Shown one piece after another: positions 39,762 to 50,077 of a DNA stretch of 64,000 nucleotides. The notes beneath the pieces were generated by a model. It was not told the origin of the DNA. It saw only the letters and a program-made list of their open reading frames with translations, and searched no databases. The stretch is from an uncultured Spirochaetota bacterium. GTDB lineage: Bacteria; Spirochaetota; Brevinematia; Brevinematales; JAOACQ01. The position numbers and the translations under genes are program-made. The stretch's first letter is position 1. Each line of letters starts with the position of its first letter. The DNA is taken from the NCBI GenBank assembly GCA_963835575.1, contig CAWIGG010000004.1:1-64000 (forward strand). The letters run 5' to 3'.

Positions 39762-40796
39762 ATGGCAAATTATAGTAAGAATCGTCCTGTTTTCAAATCT
39801 AAAGCTGAAATGTATAAAAAGTCAAAATGGATGAAATTCAAAGAAGTTGTCACCCTTTACTACAGTAATGTAAAGAGATGGTTTGCCAAGATTTTTTATA
39901 AAATCAATGAAAAAGGCTCTCAGAGGCTTACCATCATGGTTGTGCCTCATTCTGAAAAAAAGATCGTCAATATTCAGATTTCAAATTATATTTTGTTCTT
40001 TTTCAGCATTGTGCTCACCATCACGATTGTGACTTCAGTTCTGGCCATAGCCAATAATCAGCAGACCCATAAGCAGTATGTTTTTCTCAAACAGGAAGAC
40101 GAACTGAAGCGCAGGCAGATAGAGGACTTTAAGAAAAAGATTGAAAGCTTCGACAAGCGCTTTACCATGTTTAAAGTTGATATAAACAATATCATTAAAT
40201 CTGTCGGTAAAGATAAAAATATTTATAATTACAATGAAATTGAACTTCTTAATGAATATTCAAACAATAATGAAACAAGAGAGGCAAAAACTCTTAATAA
40301 ACTTAAATTGGATTTAGAGATCACAAAAGATAATATACTGAGGATTGGAAAATGCATCGAAGAATGGGACAGCCTTCTCAATTCCATTCCTTCCAAATAT
40401 CCTCTTCCTTTCAAAGCGGTTATTACCTCCCATTACGGCCCAAGAGTTGACCCTGTTTACACCTGGAAAATGGAATTTCATCCCGGCCTGGATATGTGCA
40501 TAATCCCTGGCACTTCAATCCTTGCTTCAGCAGACGGGGAAGTTAGTCTTGCAGGCTGGCATGGCGGCTATGGCTTTATGGTGGAAATCAAGCATAAATA
40601 CGGATTTTCAACGCGGTATGCGCATATGATGGATTTCGGCCCCGGTATTGTTGTCGGAGCCAAGGTTAAACAAGGGCAGGTAATCGGTTATGTGGGCACC
40701 AGCGGTAAATCAACAGGCTATCATCTGCATTATGAAGTGAGAATCGGAGATAAAACAGTCGATCCGGATCCTTTCACAAGCATGATGATACCTTAA
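39762..40796 (+). CDS. M23 family peptidase with N-terminal TM and coiled coil
   Basis: HPGLD, TRYAHM, GTSGKSTGYHLHYEVR. Confidence 0.93.
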   Translation: MANYSKNRPVFKSKAEMYKKSKWMKFKEVVTLYYSNVKRWFAKIFYKINEKGSQRLTIMVVPHSEKKIVNIQISNYILFFFSIVLTITIVTSVLAIANNQQTHKQYVFLKQEDELKRRQIEDFKKKIESFDKRFTMFKVDINNIIKSVGKDKNIYNYNEIELLNEYSNNNETREAKTLNKLKLDLEITKDNILRIGKCIEEWDSLLNSIPSKYPLPFKAVITSHYGPRVDPVYTWKMEFHPGLDMCIIPGTSILASADGEVSLAGWHGGYGFMVEIKHKYGFSTRYAHMMDFGPGIVVGAKVKQGQVIGYVGTSGKSTGYHLHYEVRIGDKTVDPDPFTSMMIP

Positions 40797-40816
40797 GCTT
40801 ACAACGGGGGGTACTG

Positions 40817-41263
40817 ATGGATTCCATTGAACTTAAAAATGGCGACTTGAAGAGCGATGATTTAAACGGCAAATCTTTCATTTCAAACAGCGTCATCGGC
40901 AGGGATAATGCTTTTTCGGGAGAATTCCATTCCGATGGGTTATTAAGGATTGACGGGGATTTTAAGGGAATTATAAAAGGATATGGCGTTGTCCTCGTCG
41001 GGGAAAAGGGAAGAATAGTAGGCGATATATATGCCCGTATGATCAGGATCGGCGGGAAAATAAAAGGAAATATTTACGCCCTGGAAAGAGTAGATATCCT
41101 CTCGACAGGAAAGCTCTATGGCGATCTCTGGACCAAAAAATGCCTGGCGGAAGAAGGAATGTTGTTTACAGGCCAGAGCAAGATCGATACAAAGAATGAG
41201 ATAGACGCCGTTTTTGAAAAAAGCGTTAAACATTCTTCTCCGCTCATTACTGAGGATTTCTAA
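40817..41263 (+). CDS. Bactofilin (polymer-forming cytoskeletal protein)
   Basis: SVIG....FSGE...DGLLRIDG.FKG beta-helix repeats. Confidence 0.9.
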   Translation: MDSIELKNGDLKSDDLNGKSFISNSVIGRDNAFSGEFHSDGLLRIDGDFKGIIKGYGVVLVGEKGRIVGDIYARMIRIGGKIKGNIYALERVDILSTGKLYGDLWTKKCLAEEGMLFTGQSKIDTKNEIDAVFEKSVKHSSPLITEDF

Positions 41264-41277
41264 GTCAAGGGGATAAG

Positions 41278-41784
41278 ATGCAGGAGAATTCACGGGTCAT
41301 CATCGGCGTTATAAATAACGGTTTTATAATAAAAGTTATCGGCAAAGGAACAATGGAATACTGCTCAGATTTGTTTCAATTCCTGTCCGATAAAATCGAA
41401 AAGGAAAATGCGGATAATATTTATTTTGATTTATCTGAAACGTCTTATCTGGACAGTTCTTTTATCGGAGTCATTGTTTCCATTCAGAAAAAGCTCAGGA
41501 AAGTAAAAAATTCCAATCTCATCCTGCTTAATCCGTCTGAGAAAGCCAAAGAAATACTATCAACTATGGGTCTTCTTGAAATCATACCGATCCAGGAAGA
41601 TCATGTTTTTAAAAATATGGAAATCAGCGGGGAAATAAAAAAAAGACTGGAAAAAAATTATCAGGATATTCAGGTATTGCTTGAATCACATCAAAATCTT
41701 ATGGAACTGAATAGTGAGAATCGTAAACGCTTCGGTCTTGTTGAAGAAATGCTGAAAAAGGAACTGGAAAAGGAGAAAAAATGA
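41278..41784 (+). CDS. STAS domain (anti-sigma antagonist-like) protein
   Basis: DLSETSYLDSSFIG, LILLNPS, LSTMGL. Confidence 0.88.
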   Translation: MQENSRVIIGVINNGFIIKVIGKGTMEYCSDLFQFLSDKIEKENADNIYFDLSETSYLDSSFIGVIVSIQKKLRKVKNSNLILLNPSEKAKEILSTMGLLEIIPIQEDHVFKNMEISGEIKKRLEKNYQDIQVLLESHQNLMELNSENRKRFGLVEEMLKKELEKEKK

Positions 41785-42569
41785 ATCAAATTCATCCCAC
41801 TGCTATCATCAGAGAGAATGTCAAACTGGGAGAAAATGTTATCATTCATCCTTATTCGGTTTTAGATGGAGATGTTGAGATTGGGAACGATTGTGTTATA
41901 GGTCCTATGTCTCATATCAAAGGATGGGTTAAAATAGGAAAAAACACTTCAATTCATTCCTTTTCAACAATCGGCGACGACCCGCAGGACTATTCGTTTA
42001 ACGGCGAGCCGGGATTGATAGAAATCGGCGAGAATTGCTTAATCCGCGAAGGTGTTACCATCAATACGCCGGTCCATGGGGATCAGGGAGAAAAAACAAT
42101 CATCGGCAATAATGTCTTTCTAATGATTAATTCCCATGTCGGCCACAATTCTAAAGTTGGAGATAACAGCATCCTGGTCAATGGAACACTGCTGGCCGGT
42201 TATGTGACTGTTGAAGAAAATGTAGTGACATCAGGAAATGTTGCTATCCATCAATTCTGCAGAGTTGGCGGTTTTGTTATGATTGGAGGTTTGAGCAAGG
42301 TTGTTCAGGATATACCTCCTTACTTTATGGCTGATGGAAACCCGGCAGTAGGGCATGGGCTCAATTCTATCGGCCTGAAAAGAAAAGGTTTCAACCAGGA
42401 ACAAAGAAATGTCATTAAAGATGCATATAAAATACTCTATTCCGGGAAGCTTCGCAAAGAAGTTTTAGAGGAACTAAAAGAGAAATATTCTCAAAGTGAA
42501 ATGATCAACCGTATTATTCAATTTGTAGAAAATTCAAAACGCGGAATAATCAAATATAATGAAGATTAA
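41781..42569 (+). CDS. lpxA: UDP-N-acetylglucosamine acyltransferase
   Basis: IHPTAII hexapeptide repeats, PQD, IREGVTI, SHVGH, HQFCRVG, DIPPY, GLNSIGLKR. Confidence 0.95.
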   Translation: MNQIHPTAIIRENVKLGENVIIHPYSVLDGDVEIGNDCVIGPMSHIKGWVKIGKNTSIHSFSTIGDDPQDYSFNGEPGLIEIGENCLIREGVTINTPVHGDQGEKTIIGNNVFLMINSHVGHNSKVGDNSILVNGTLLAGYVTVEENVVTSGNVAIHQFCRVGGFVMIGGLSKVVQDIPPYFMADGNPAVGHGLNSIGLKRKGFNQEQRNVIKDAYKILYSGKLRKEVLEELKEKYSQSEMINRIIQFVENSKRGIIKYNED

Positions 42570-43707
42570 TACAATTTTTGTTTCGGCAGGGGAAGTTTCA
42601 GGCGATATTCATGCAGCAGATCTTATGCAAAAACTCAAGAAATACAATCCCGCTATCCGGTTTGTCGGTCTCGGCGGAAAGAATATGATTTCAGCCGGCC
42701 TCAATTCCATTGCGGAAGATGTTTCAACTCTCAGCACAATGGGTTTAACCGCTCCTCTTCGCTTTTACTTTAAAAAATACAATTTATATAAAACCGCTCT
42801 TAAATATCTGAAAACAAATAAAATCACAGCTCTCATAATGGTCGATAATCAGGGCTTTAATATCCCTCTTGCAAAAGCCGCAAAAAAACTGAATATTTTC
42901 ACAATTTACTATTTTCCTCCCCATGTTTCCATCTGGGGAAAATGGAATGCCCCGATTCTAGCAAAAAATACCGATTTGATTATCGCTCCTTTTCATCACG
43001 ATTATTTAGTATATAAACAATATACCGGTAAAGTGTTTTTTTTCGGCCATCCTCTTCTTGATAAAATTACCGGCACAAAAAAGCCGCAGTCTATTTATAA
43101 AAAATACGGCCTGGACCCTAAGAAAAAGATTGTCTCCATTATGCCCGGCAGCCGTTATCAGGAATTAGAAACGCTCCTTCAGCCGATGCTGGATGCGAGT
43201 AGAATATTGATTGAAAATCATCATATCCAGATCATATTACCAGTCTCACACAAAGATTTTGAACCTTATATCATTAAAAAATTAAAAGAAAATAAACTTA
43301 TCAAAAAAATTAAAATAATAAAAAATGATTCTTACTCTGCCATGCGGATAGCCGATGTGAATATCCTCGCCTCAGGAACAGCATCTCTTGAATCGGTACT
43401 CCTAAAAAAGCCGCCTGTCATCTGTTATAAAATCTCGGCGAGTTCATTTTTTATCGGGAAACTGCTGGTAAAGAATAAAATGATCGGGCTTCCGAATATT
43501 ATTCTTAATAAAAAAATCTTTCCCGAGCTTCTTCAAAAAGGATGCTCTGCTGAAAATATGGTAAAGGAAGCGCTTTCATTTATTTATCCTGATAAAGCAA
43601 AAAAGTCGAAATTGTCAACCTATTATAATGAAATTAAAAAAAAGCTGGGTGAAAGACCGGTAATCAGCAAAGCCGCGGAATTGATCTATAAAAGGATTTT
43701 TGAATGA
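42559..43707 (+). CDS. lpxB: Lipid-A-disaccharide synthase
   Basis: SAGEVSGD, GHPLLD, MPGSR.QE, SGTASLE, GLPNII, PELLQ. Confidence 0.93.
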   Translation: MKINTIFVSAGEVSGDIHAADLMQKLKKYNPAIRFVGLGGKNMISAGLNSIAEDVSTLSTMGLTAPLRFYFKKYNLYKTALKYLKTNKITALIMVDNQGFNIPLAKAAKKLNIFTIYYFPPHVSIWGKWNAPILAKNTDLIIAPFHHDYLVYKQYTGKVFFFGHPLLDKITGTKKPQSIYKKYGLDPKKKIVSIMPGSRYQELETLLQPMLDASRILIENHHIQIILPVSHKDFEPYIIKKLKENKLIKKIKIIKNDSYSAMRIADVNILASGTASLESVLLKKPPVICYKISASSFFIGKLLVKNKMIGLPNIILNKKIFPELLQKGCSAENMVKEALSFIYPDKAKKSKLSTYYNEIKKKLGERPVISKAAELIYKRIFE

Positions 43708-44105
43708 GCCGGATATTGGGAATAGACTACGGCAGCAAAAGGATAGGGCTTGCTATATCGGACAAACTCCGTATTGTTTCTTCTCCGCTGGCTGTTTTAC
43801 CGAATAATATTATATTCCCTGAAGAGCTAAAGAAAATCTGCACAAAATATCAAGTCAATAAAATTGTCATAGGTTATCCCTATTCTGAGAAATATACTGA
43901 AGCTTCCGAAGATGTCATGAGATTTTCTCAAGAATTAAAAAAATATATCAATATTGATATTGATTTTCAAAATGAGGAAAATAGTTCGATTTATTCTGAA
44001 AGTCTTCTTAAATCAATGGGAATTAAAGAAAAAAAAATTAAAGCATCGCTCGATAAATATGCGGCTCAAAAAATACTGGAAGATTATTTAAAATCAAAAT
44101 GTTAA
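43704..44105 (+). CDS. ruvX: Holliday junction resolvase-like RuvX/YqgF
   Basis: ILGIDYGSKRIGLAISD, IVIGYP, DKYAAQKILEDYL. Confidence 0.93.
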   Translation: MSRILGIDYGSKRIGLAISDKLRIVSSPLAVLPNNIIFPEELKKICTKYQVNKIVIGYPYSEKYTEASEDVMRFSQELKKYINIDIDFQNEENSSIYSESLLKSMGIKEKKIKASLDKYAAQKILEDYLKSKC

Positions 44106-44418
44106 ACAGGCTGAGACTGGTTCTAAAAACCAAGATTTTTTAAAATATCATTAAAATTGATTTGACAAATTAATCGTAATAAAAAAAGATTCAAAAAATA
44201 TATCAATTGTTTATAATGAGCTTTCAATATTATATTAGAAAAACTAATAATATTTTTGAATTTTTCCTGTGATAGTTTGTTTTTTCATTAGATATTAATT
44301 AAATTCAAATTGGTATTTATTAAAAGCCCTTAAAAAGTCAAGTGTCTCTATTTTATGACACCTGTTAACAGATCAAAAGATATCTTATTCCAGTGTCAGA
44401 AATAAGAGAGTAATATTG

Positions 44419-44434
44419 TGGCATAGTATTTGCC
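44419..44434 (+). promoter_or_regulatory. Putative sigma54 (-24/-12) promoter upstream of lpxC
   Basis: TGGCATAGTATTTGCC = GG-N10-GC; upstream palindrome GTGTC-N10-GACAC at 44342-44361. Confidence 0.6.
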
Positions 44435-44496
44435 ACAATACATTAGGATTATTTATGCAATAATTACTCGGTTTTTTAATTTTTTTGGAGATATTA

Positions 44497-45426
44497 ATGC
44501 GAAAGCAAAGAACCTTAAAAAGCAACATAGAATTTCAGGGAATCGGCCTTCACAGTGGTCACGCCTGCCAGGTCTTCGTAAAACCTGCCCCTGAAGATAC
44601 AGGAATCGTTTTCCTGAGTAAAAGCGGAGCGACAAATCAATTCATTCCTTATAATGTTGAAAACGTTGTTGATACACAAAATAATGTTTCTATCAGCAAC
44701 GGCAAAGCGCTTATTAAAACAGTGGAACATTTAGTTTCCGCTCTTTACGCCTTTCATATTGATAACTGCATTATAGAGTGCGGCTCAAATGAAATACCAA
44801 TTCTTGACGGCAGTGCCCAGTCATTTGTTAAAAGCATAATCCAGTCGGGCATTATTGAACAAACAAAAAATAGAGAAGAATTTAGAATAATCAATCCCAT
44901 CTGGGCCACTTTAGACGATAAATTTATTGTTGCTCTTCCCTACAACGGATTTAAACTCAGTTATACTATTTCTTTTCCGGATTCGCCAATCGGAACTCAA
45001 ACCTATAATACAGAAGTGAATACAGAGAATTTTGTAAATCAGATATCAGAGGCCAGAACATTCGGCTTTATTGAAGACCTTGAGAATTATAAGAAAAGCG
45101 GCTTGGTTCTCGGCGTTAATTTCGATAATGTCCAGGCTTACAGTAAAAAGGAAAATAAAGTACTCAATTCATCCCGCTATCATGATGAACCTGTCAGGCA
45201 CAAAATTCTGGATTTAATCGGAAGTCTTGGTCTTCTCAATTTCGATATAAAAGGCTTTATAATCGCTTATAAAGCCGGCCATACCATTGATGTCATGTTT
45301 GCAAAAAAGGTAATGAATATCTCGACCGGCCTCAATAAAATCCAGTCTGATCATTACTATCAAAGAGAGGGTAATTATTACTATCAGACCGCTAACATTA
45401 GCGATAATATTAAGATGCCCTCTTAA
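44497..45426 (+). CDS. lpxC: UDP-3-O-acyl-GlcNAc deacetylase
   Basis: QRTL, GIGLHSG, TVEHL, EIPILDGSA, ARTFGF, EPVRHKILDLIG, AGH. Confidence 0.96.
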   Translation: MRKQRTLKSNIEFQGIGLHSGHACQVFVKPAPEDTGIVFLSKSGATNQFIPYNVENVVDTQNNVSISNGKALIKTVEHLVSALYAFHIDNCIIECGSNEIPILDGSAQSFVKSIIQSGIIEQTKNREEFRIINPIWATLDDKFIVALPYNGFKLSYTISFPDSPIGTQTYNTEVNTENFVNQISEARTFGFIEDLENYKKSGLVLGVNFDNVQAYSKKENKVLNSSRYHDEPVRHKILDLIGSLGLLNFDIKGFIIAYKAGHTIDVMFAKKVMNISTGLNKIQSDHYYQREGNYYYQTANISDNIKMPS

Positions 45427-45646
45427 TTAATTCCTTAATAATATCAATCTTTTTTATAATAACTTAATGCCTGTCAATAAGTTAAAGCAAGAGCTTTATT
45501 AAATCTAATGTTAAAAAGTAAGCTGCAAGTGTATTAAAAAGCACCCGATCCGGGAAAAATACCTTTTTTAATCTCTTTAAAGATTTGACAAACAAGCTAA
45601 GAAATTTTACAATAATGACTCGAATTTTATGAATGGGAGGATTCCA

Positions 45647-45889
45647 TTGGCTACTCATATTAGATTGAAAAAGATTGGAAAATCGAAAAGGCCCTATTAT
45701 CGAATAGTAGTATTGGACAGCCGTGCTCCCCGTGATGGAGCTTATATAGACTGCCTTGGACATTACCAGCCGATTGAAGATGCCATCAACACTAATATTG
45801 ATTTGCAAAAATACGAAGAATGGATAAAAAAGGGTGCAAAGGTCAGTAATATCGTACGGGATATTGTTAAACGCGCTCGAAAAGCATAG
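45647..45889 (+). CDS. rpsP: 30S ribosomal protein S16
   Basis: IRLKKIG.SKRPYYRIVV.DSR.PRDG; TTG start after GGAGG. Confidence 0.96.
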   Translation: MATHIRLKKIGKSKRPYYRIVVLDSRAPRDGAYIDCLGHYQPIEDAINTNIDLQKYEEWIKKGAKVSNIVRDIVKRARKA

Positions 45890-45928
45890 TTTAATATTCT
45901 ATTTAATAAGGATAAGGGGTATTACGCA

Positions 45929-46165
45929 ATGAAAGAGAAAGAGATTGTAGAATTAATAGTTACAAGTCTGGTGGACGATCCAACAGCAGTGAGTATTAAT
46001 GTCATTGACGGAGAGAAATCTACTATCTTAGAGCTTAAAGTCGGGCAGGGTGAAGTCGGTAAAGTCATCGGCAGGCATGGCGTTATTGCGAAATCAATTC
46101 GGACTATTGTTAACGCAGTATCAGTTAAAAATGGGCGAAGGGTAATACTAGAAATCCTGGATTAG
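45929..46165 (+). CDS. khpA: KH-domain RNA-binding protein KhpA
   Basis: LVDDP, GKVIGRHG, SIRTIV; conserved position after rpsP. Confidence 0.92.
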   Translation: MKEKEIVELIVTSLVDDPTAVSINVIDGEKSTILELKVGQGEVGKVIGRHGVIAKSIRTIVNAVSVKNGRRVILEILD

Positions 46166-46169
46166 GAAA

Positions 46170-46679
46170 ATGGATTATCTTTCTATAGGAAAACTTGTTA
46201 AACCATACGGATTAAAAGGTCTGATTAAGACCGATTTTTATATAGATGATTTTAAAGATCTCAAGAGTTTTTCCCGTTTTTATATCGTAAATAAAATTGA
46301 GAACAGTGGTTATAAAGAGATCGTTTTTGAAAAAGTGACTCTGATGAACGGACGTTTTATAGTGAAAGTGGCCGGTTGTTCAGACAGAAACGAAGCGGAG
46401 CTTTTACGCAACAGGGAAATTTTCGTAGACGAGGCAGAGCTGCCGGAATTAAAGAAAGATGTTTTCTATATAAAAGATTTACAGGATTTGGAAGTTTATC
46501 ACAAAGGGACAGCAATAGGAAAAGTATCAAATGTCCTCTTTATAGCGAATAAAACTATGCTGATTGTGAAATTATCAAATAGTAGAGAAATTGTCTTTCC
46601 CTTTGAAAGCAAATATGTAGAAAAAGTGGAATTAAAAGATAAAGCTGTTTATGCTCAAAATATAGAGGATTTTTTTTAA
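46170..46679 (+). CDS. rimM: Ribosome maturation factor RimM
   Basis: IGKLVKPYGLKG, DRNEAELLR, FYIKDL; synteny. Confidence 0.93.
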   Translation: MDYLSIGKLVKPYGLKGLIKTDFYIDDFKDLKSFSRFYIVNKIENSGYKEIVFEKVTLMNGRFIVKVAGCSDRNEAELLRNREIFVDEAELPELKKDVFYIKDLQDLEVYHKGTAIGKVSNVLFIANKTMLIVKLSNSREIVFPFESKYVEKVELKDKAVYAQNIEDFF

Positions 46680-46690
46680 GAGAGATAAAC

Positions 46691-47506
46691 GTGGTAATTA
46701 ATATCGTTACCATTTTCCCGGAAATGATAACGGAATACCTCAAATACGGCATTATTTCAAGAGCCCTTAAAGAAGGGCTTCTCGGAGTAAATATATATAA
46801 CCTGCGGGATTTCGCCATCAATAAGAGAGGCCAGATTGATGATGGTATTTTCGGGCACGGCAAGGGAATGTTATTCCGCCCGGAACCGTTATATAAAGCT
46901 ATATCTGAAATTAAGAACAAGTTTCCCTCGAGTAAAGTCGTTTATTTAACTCCTCAGGGAAAGAGATTTAATAATTTTATGGCCAGGGAATTTTCTAAGC
47001 AGGAAAGCATAATTTTGATTTCAGCCCGTTATGAGGGCATTGATTCGCGTATTGAAGAAATGATAGTAGATGAGACGGTTTCAATCGGCGACTATGTTTT
47101 AACAGGCGGGGAATTGCCTGCGTTAATCACCCTGGATGCAGTAAGCCGTTTTGTAAAAGGTTCTATAAAAGAAAGTTCGGCACAGGATGAAAGTTTTGAG
47201 AACGGTCTTCTTGAGTACAGCCATTTTACAGAACCGCTGGAATTTAATGGATTAATAGTTCCCGAGGCATTAAGAAATGGGAATCATAATGAAATGGCAA
47301 AAATAAGACTGAAAAGCAGTTTGAAAAAGACTTATTTTAACAGAATTGATCTCCTGTTTGATTATAAACCGGAATTCAATACCGGAAACACGAAAGACGG
47401 ATTAAAGAAACTCAAACGCGAGAATTCGCAAATGGCGGAATTCGTAAAAACTATACAAAATATCTCTAAGGAGTGGAAAGATGGCAGAAGAAACACAGTT
47501 AAATAA
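46691..47506 (+). CDS. trmD: tRNA (guanine-N1)-methyltransferase
   Basis: [40 protein letters not shown]. Confidence 0.95.
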   Translation: MVINIVTIFPEMITEYLKYGIISRALKEGLLGVNIYNLRDFAINKRGQIDDGIFGHGKGMLFRPEPLYKAISEIKNKFPSSKVVYLTPQGKRFNNFMAREFSKQESIILISARYEGIDSRIEEMIVDETVSIGDYVLTGGELPALITLDAVSRFVKGSIKESSAQDESFENGLLEYSHFTEPLEFNGLIVPEALRNGNHNEMAKIRLKSSLKKTYFNRIDLLFDYKPEFNTGNTKDGLKKLKRENSQMAEFVKTIQNISKEWKDGRRNTVK

Positions 47507-47978
47507 AGAGGCCGCGGAAGAGCAGAAACCAGAGGAAAATAATGCTGCTGCAGAAGCTGCGGAAACGGTAATTGCCGAGACCGCTAAAGTTGAAGAGCCT
47601 AAACCTGAAGTGAAAAAAGTCAAAAATTCTATTCTTGAAATTGAAAAATCCTTACTGGCTGAAAATAATAACGCTGCCAAATACCCGGTTTTTACAGCCG
47701 GCGATACTGTTAAGGTTTATGTCAAGATCATTGAAGGCGATAAACAGAGAATTCAGCCTTATGAGGGTGTTGTTATTGCCATCAGGCATGGCGGCGCGAG
47801 AAAAAGCTTTATCGTCCGAAGGATCAGTTACGGCGTCGCTATTGAAAGAGTATTTCCATTTTATTCAACTTTTATTCAAAAGATCGAGCTGGTCAGGAAA
47901 GGCCGTGTCCGAAGGGCTAAGCTCTATTACCTCCGCGGACGTTTCGGTAAATCCGCAGTCATTACCGAAAAAGTATAG
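47481..47978 (+). CDS. rplS: 50S ribosomal protein L19 with an acidic N-terminal extension
   Basis: [45 protein letters not shown]. Confidence 0.96.
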   Translation: MAEETQLNKEAAEEQKPEENNAAAEAAETVIAETAKVEEPKPEVKKVKNSILEIEKSLLAENNNAAKYPVFTAGDTVKVYVKIIEGDKQRIQPYEGVVIAIRHGGARKSFIVRRISYGVAIERVFPFYSTFIQKIELVRKGRVRRAKLYYLRGRFGKSAVITEKV

Positions 47979-47981
47979 AAA

Positions 47982-48587
47982 ATGAAAATTCCTCCTGTTA
48001 TAAGCATTCTCGAATACGAAAAGGATCTTTGGCAGCAGGGATTTCAGCATATCGCAGGAATTGATGAGGCCGGCAGGGGCCCTCTCGCAGGGCCCGTCGT
48101 TTCGGGTTGCGTCATATTCCGCCCCTATGTTGCCCTTGAAGGTGTTTACGATTCTAAAGCGCTAACTCCTCAGAAGCGAAGCGAATTATATGAGATTATA
48201 CTGAATAATTGTGCCGGATACGGCTTGGGTATTGTAGATAATGAAACTATTGATCAAATCAATATCCTTGAAGCCACAAAGCTTTCCATGCTGAAAGCTG
48301 TACAGAGTTTAAAGATAAATCCGGATTTTATTCTAATAGACGCCGTCTCTATCAAAAGCAATATACCTTATAAATCAATTATTAAAGGCGATCAGAAAAG
48401 CTTTACCATAGCCGCGGCCTCTATTATCGCAAAAGTATACCGCGACCGGCTGATGGATAATCTGCATGAAGAATATCCCCATTACCTATGGAATAAAAAC
48501 AAGGGTTATGGCACTGAAGAGCACAGAAAGGCCATACATGAGCATGGATTATCACCCTATCACCGGAAAAGTTTTACTGTTAAGTAA
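47982..48587 (+). CDS. rnhB: Ribonuclease HII
   Basis: GIDEAGRGPLAGPVV, DSK, KGD, AAASIIAKV.RD, NKGYGT, HRKSF. Confidence 0.97.
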   Translation: MKIPPVISILEYEKDLWQQGFQHIAGIDEAGRGPLAGPVVSGCVIFRPYVALEGVYDSKALTPQKRSELYEIILNNCAGYGLGIVDNETIDQINILEATKLSMLKAVQSLKINPDFILIDAVSIKSNIPYKSIIKGDQKSFTIAAASIIAKVYRDRLMDNLHEEYPHYLWNKNKGYGTEEHRKAIHEHGLSPYHRKSFTVK

Positions 48588-48590
48588 TTT

Positions 48591-49991
48591 TTAATCCAGT
48601 CTGCGGTATTCATATAAAGATAATGATTTGATGACAGGCGATGCGGCGGCATTTTTAATCAACTCTCCCAATGTTTTCTTTGCTTCAATCTTTTTCCCGT
48701 CCTTTATATCTCTTATCGAGTTTTCATATTCAATAAATTCCTTTTCATATGAAGCCGGCTGTCCTTCATTAAGGCCGGGATTATATTGGTCTTCTTTTGA
48801 AAATATATAAGCATGAGACAAAGGCGCTTGAATGCCGGAAATATTTCTCTTATAAGTTAATGATTTTTGAATAATGTTTATCACGGCATTTATATTTTCC
48901 CTATTATTATAATATGTAAAAACCAGGAGCATCGCCTCCAGACTGAACTGCTTTTGAAAATCCTTCATCAGCATATAAGATTCCATTCCATGAATGCCGT
49001 TAGTAATATTATTACCGCATTCCAGAAAGCTCGAGTAAAAAAAGTAAGCATCCGGGGCTTTCATCTGGAACAGCTCTTTCTGGGCATTAAATCTATCGTT
49101 ATTACCCAGCCTGCAGAGAAAGCGAAGTTCGGAAAGATCGTAATTATTCCTGAAAAAGACTTTTTCCAGCCAGTTCAGACATTGTGTATAATTTTCCGTC
49201 CTGAAATAGGAATAAGCCAGAATATAAGGAAGGTCAATCCTTATGTTTTTTAAATTATTTGCATTGGAAGCCGTTTCCCGAATAATCCAGTTGGTCATGT
49301 TCAATACAGCCTCATAATCCCCTCTTATAAAATCAGAAGCGATGGAATACGTCAGAATATCGGGCTCTTCCAGACCATAAACTTTGAGCAGATTCCGGAT
49401 ATCTCTCTGCTTAATCATCCAGCTTCTTATTATATATTCCAAAACTTCTACCTTCGGGACCGTCTGGCGCATCTCACTCATTTCAAGAAATCTATCAAAC
49501 TCATCAATCTTCTGAAATTTTATATAGCTGTTAGCCAGAATAAAAAACATATTCGTATTACTCAGAGAAGTGAGAGCTCTATAAATAAAGTTCGTTTCTA
49601 CAATGAACGGGGCATATTTTTCCACAACAGACTGGAGAGAATAAAATTTCAGATAATTATCCAGGTCTATAGTAAAATCAGTGTCATCAGGAGAGATAAA
49701 ATTCATGAGCATTTTTTCTGAAGCGCTTTCAGCCGAAAGCGGTATTATATTGAGAAATTCCGAATAAAGATTATAGCTCTGCTTTTCAAAAAGAATATTT
49801 TTTATCTCCAGTAATTTATAATTTCCGCTCTGATAGAGATTTGTTAATATTGAGACGGCTCTCATACTGTCTTTCGGATATATTTCAATAGATAACTCAA
49901 TTTCGCTTGATCTGTCGTCTCCATAGGACGCGCTGAAAAGAAAAATGGCAGTCAATAAACAATAGAGATTATATTTAAAATAATTCTTCAT
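48591..49991 (-). CDS. Hypothetical secreted protein, TPR-like helical
   Basis: Signal peptide MKNYF...SASYG; helical repeats (YILAYSYFRTENY). Confidence 0.65.
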   Translation of the reverse strand: MKNYFKYNLYCLLTAIFLFSASYGDDRSSEIELSIEIYPKDSMRAVSILTNLYQSGNYKLLEIKNILFEKQSYNLYSEFLNIIPLSAESASEKMLMNFISPDDTDFTIDLDNYLKFYSLQSVVEKYAPFIVETNFIYRALTSLSNTNMFFILANSYIKFQKIDEFDRFLEMSEMRQTVPKVEVLEYIIRSWMIKQRDIRNLLKVYGLEEPDILTYSIASDFIRGDYEAVLNMTNWIIRETASNANNLKNIRIDLPYILAYSYFRTENYTQCLNWLEKVFFRNNYDLSELRFLCRLGNNDRFNAQKELFQMKAPDAYFFYSSFLECGNNITNGIHGMESYMLMKDFQKQFSLEAMLLVFTYYNNRENINAVINIIQKSLTYKRNISGIQAPLSHAYIFSKEDQYNPGLNEGQPASYEKEFIEYENSIRDIKDGKKIEAKKTLGELIKNAAASPVIKSLSLYEYRRLD

Positions 49992-50032
49992 AGTAAATAT
50001 TATAAATTGTAAAGAATTAAAACTCAATTCAT

Positions 50033-50061
50033 AAAAAAAGCGGGCATTTTCATGCCCGCTT
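50033..50061 (-). terminator. Intrinsic terminator after degP
   Basis: aagcgggcat-tttc-atgcccgctt with a T-tract on the minus strand. Confidence 0.8.
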
Positions 50062-50077
50062 AACCGGTAATTACATT

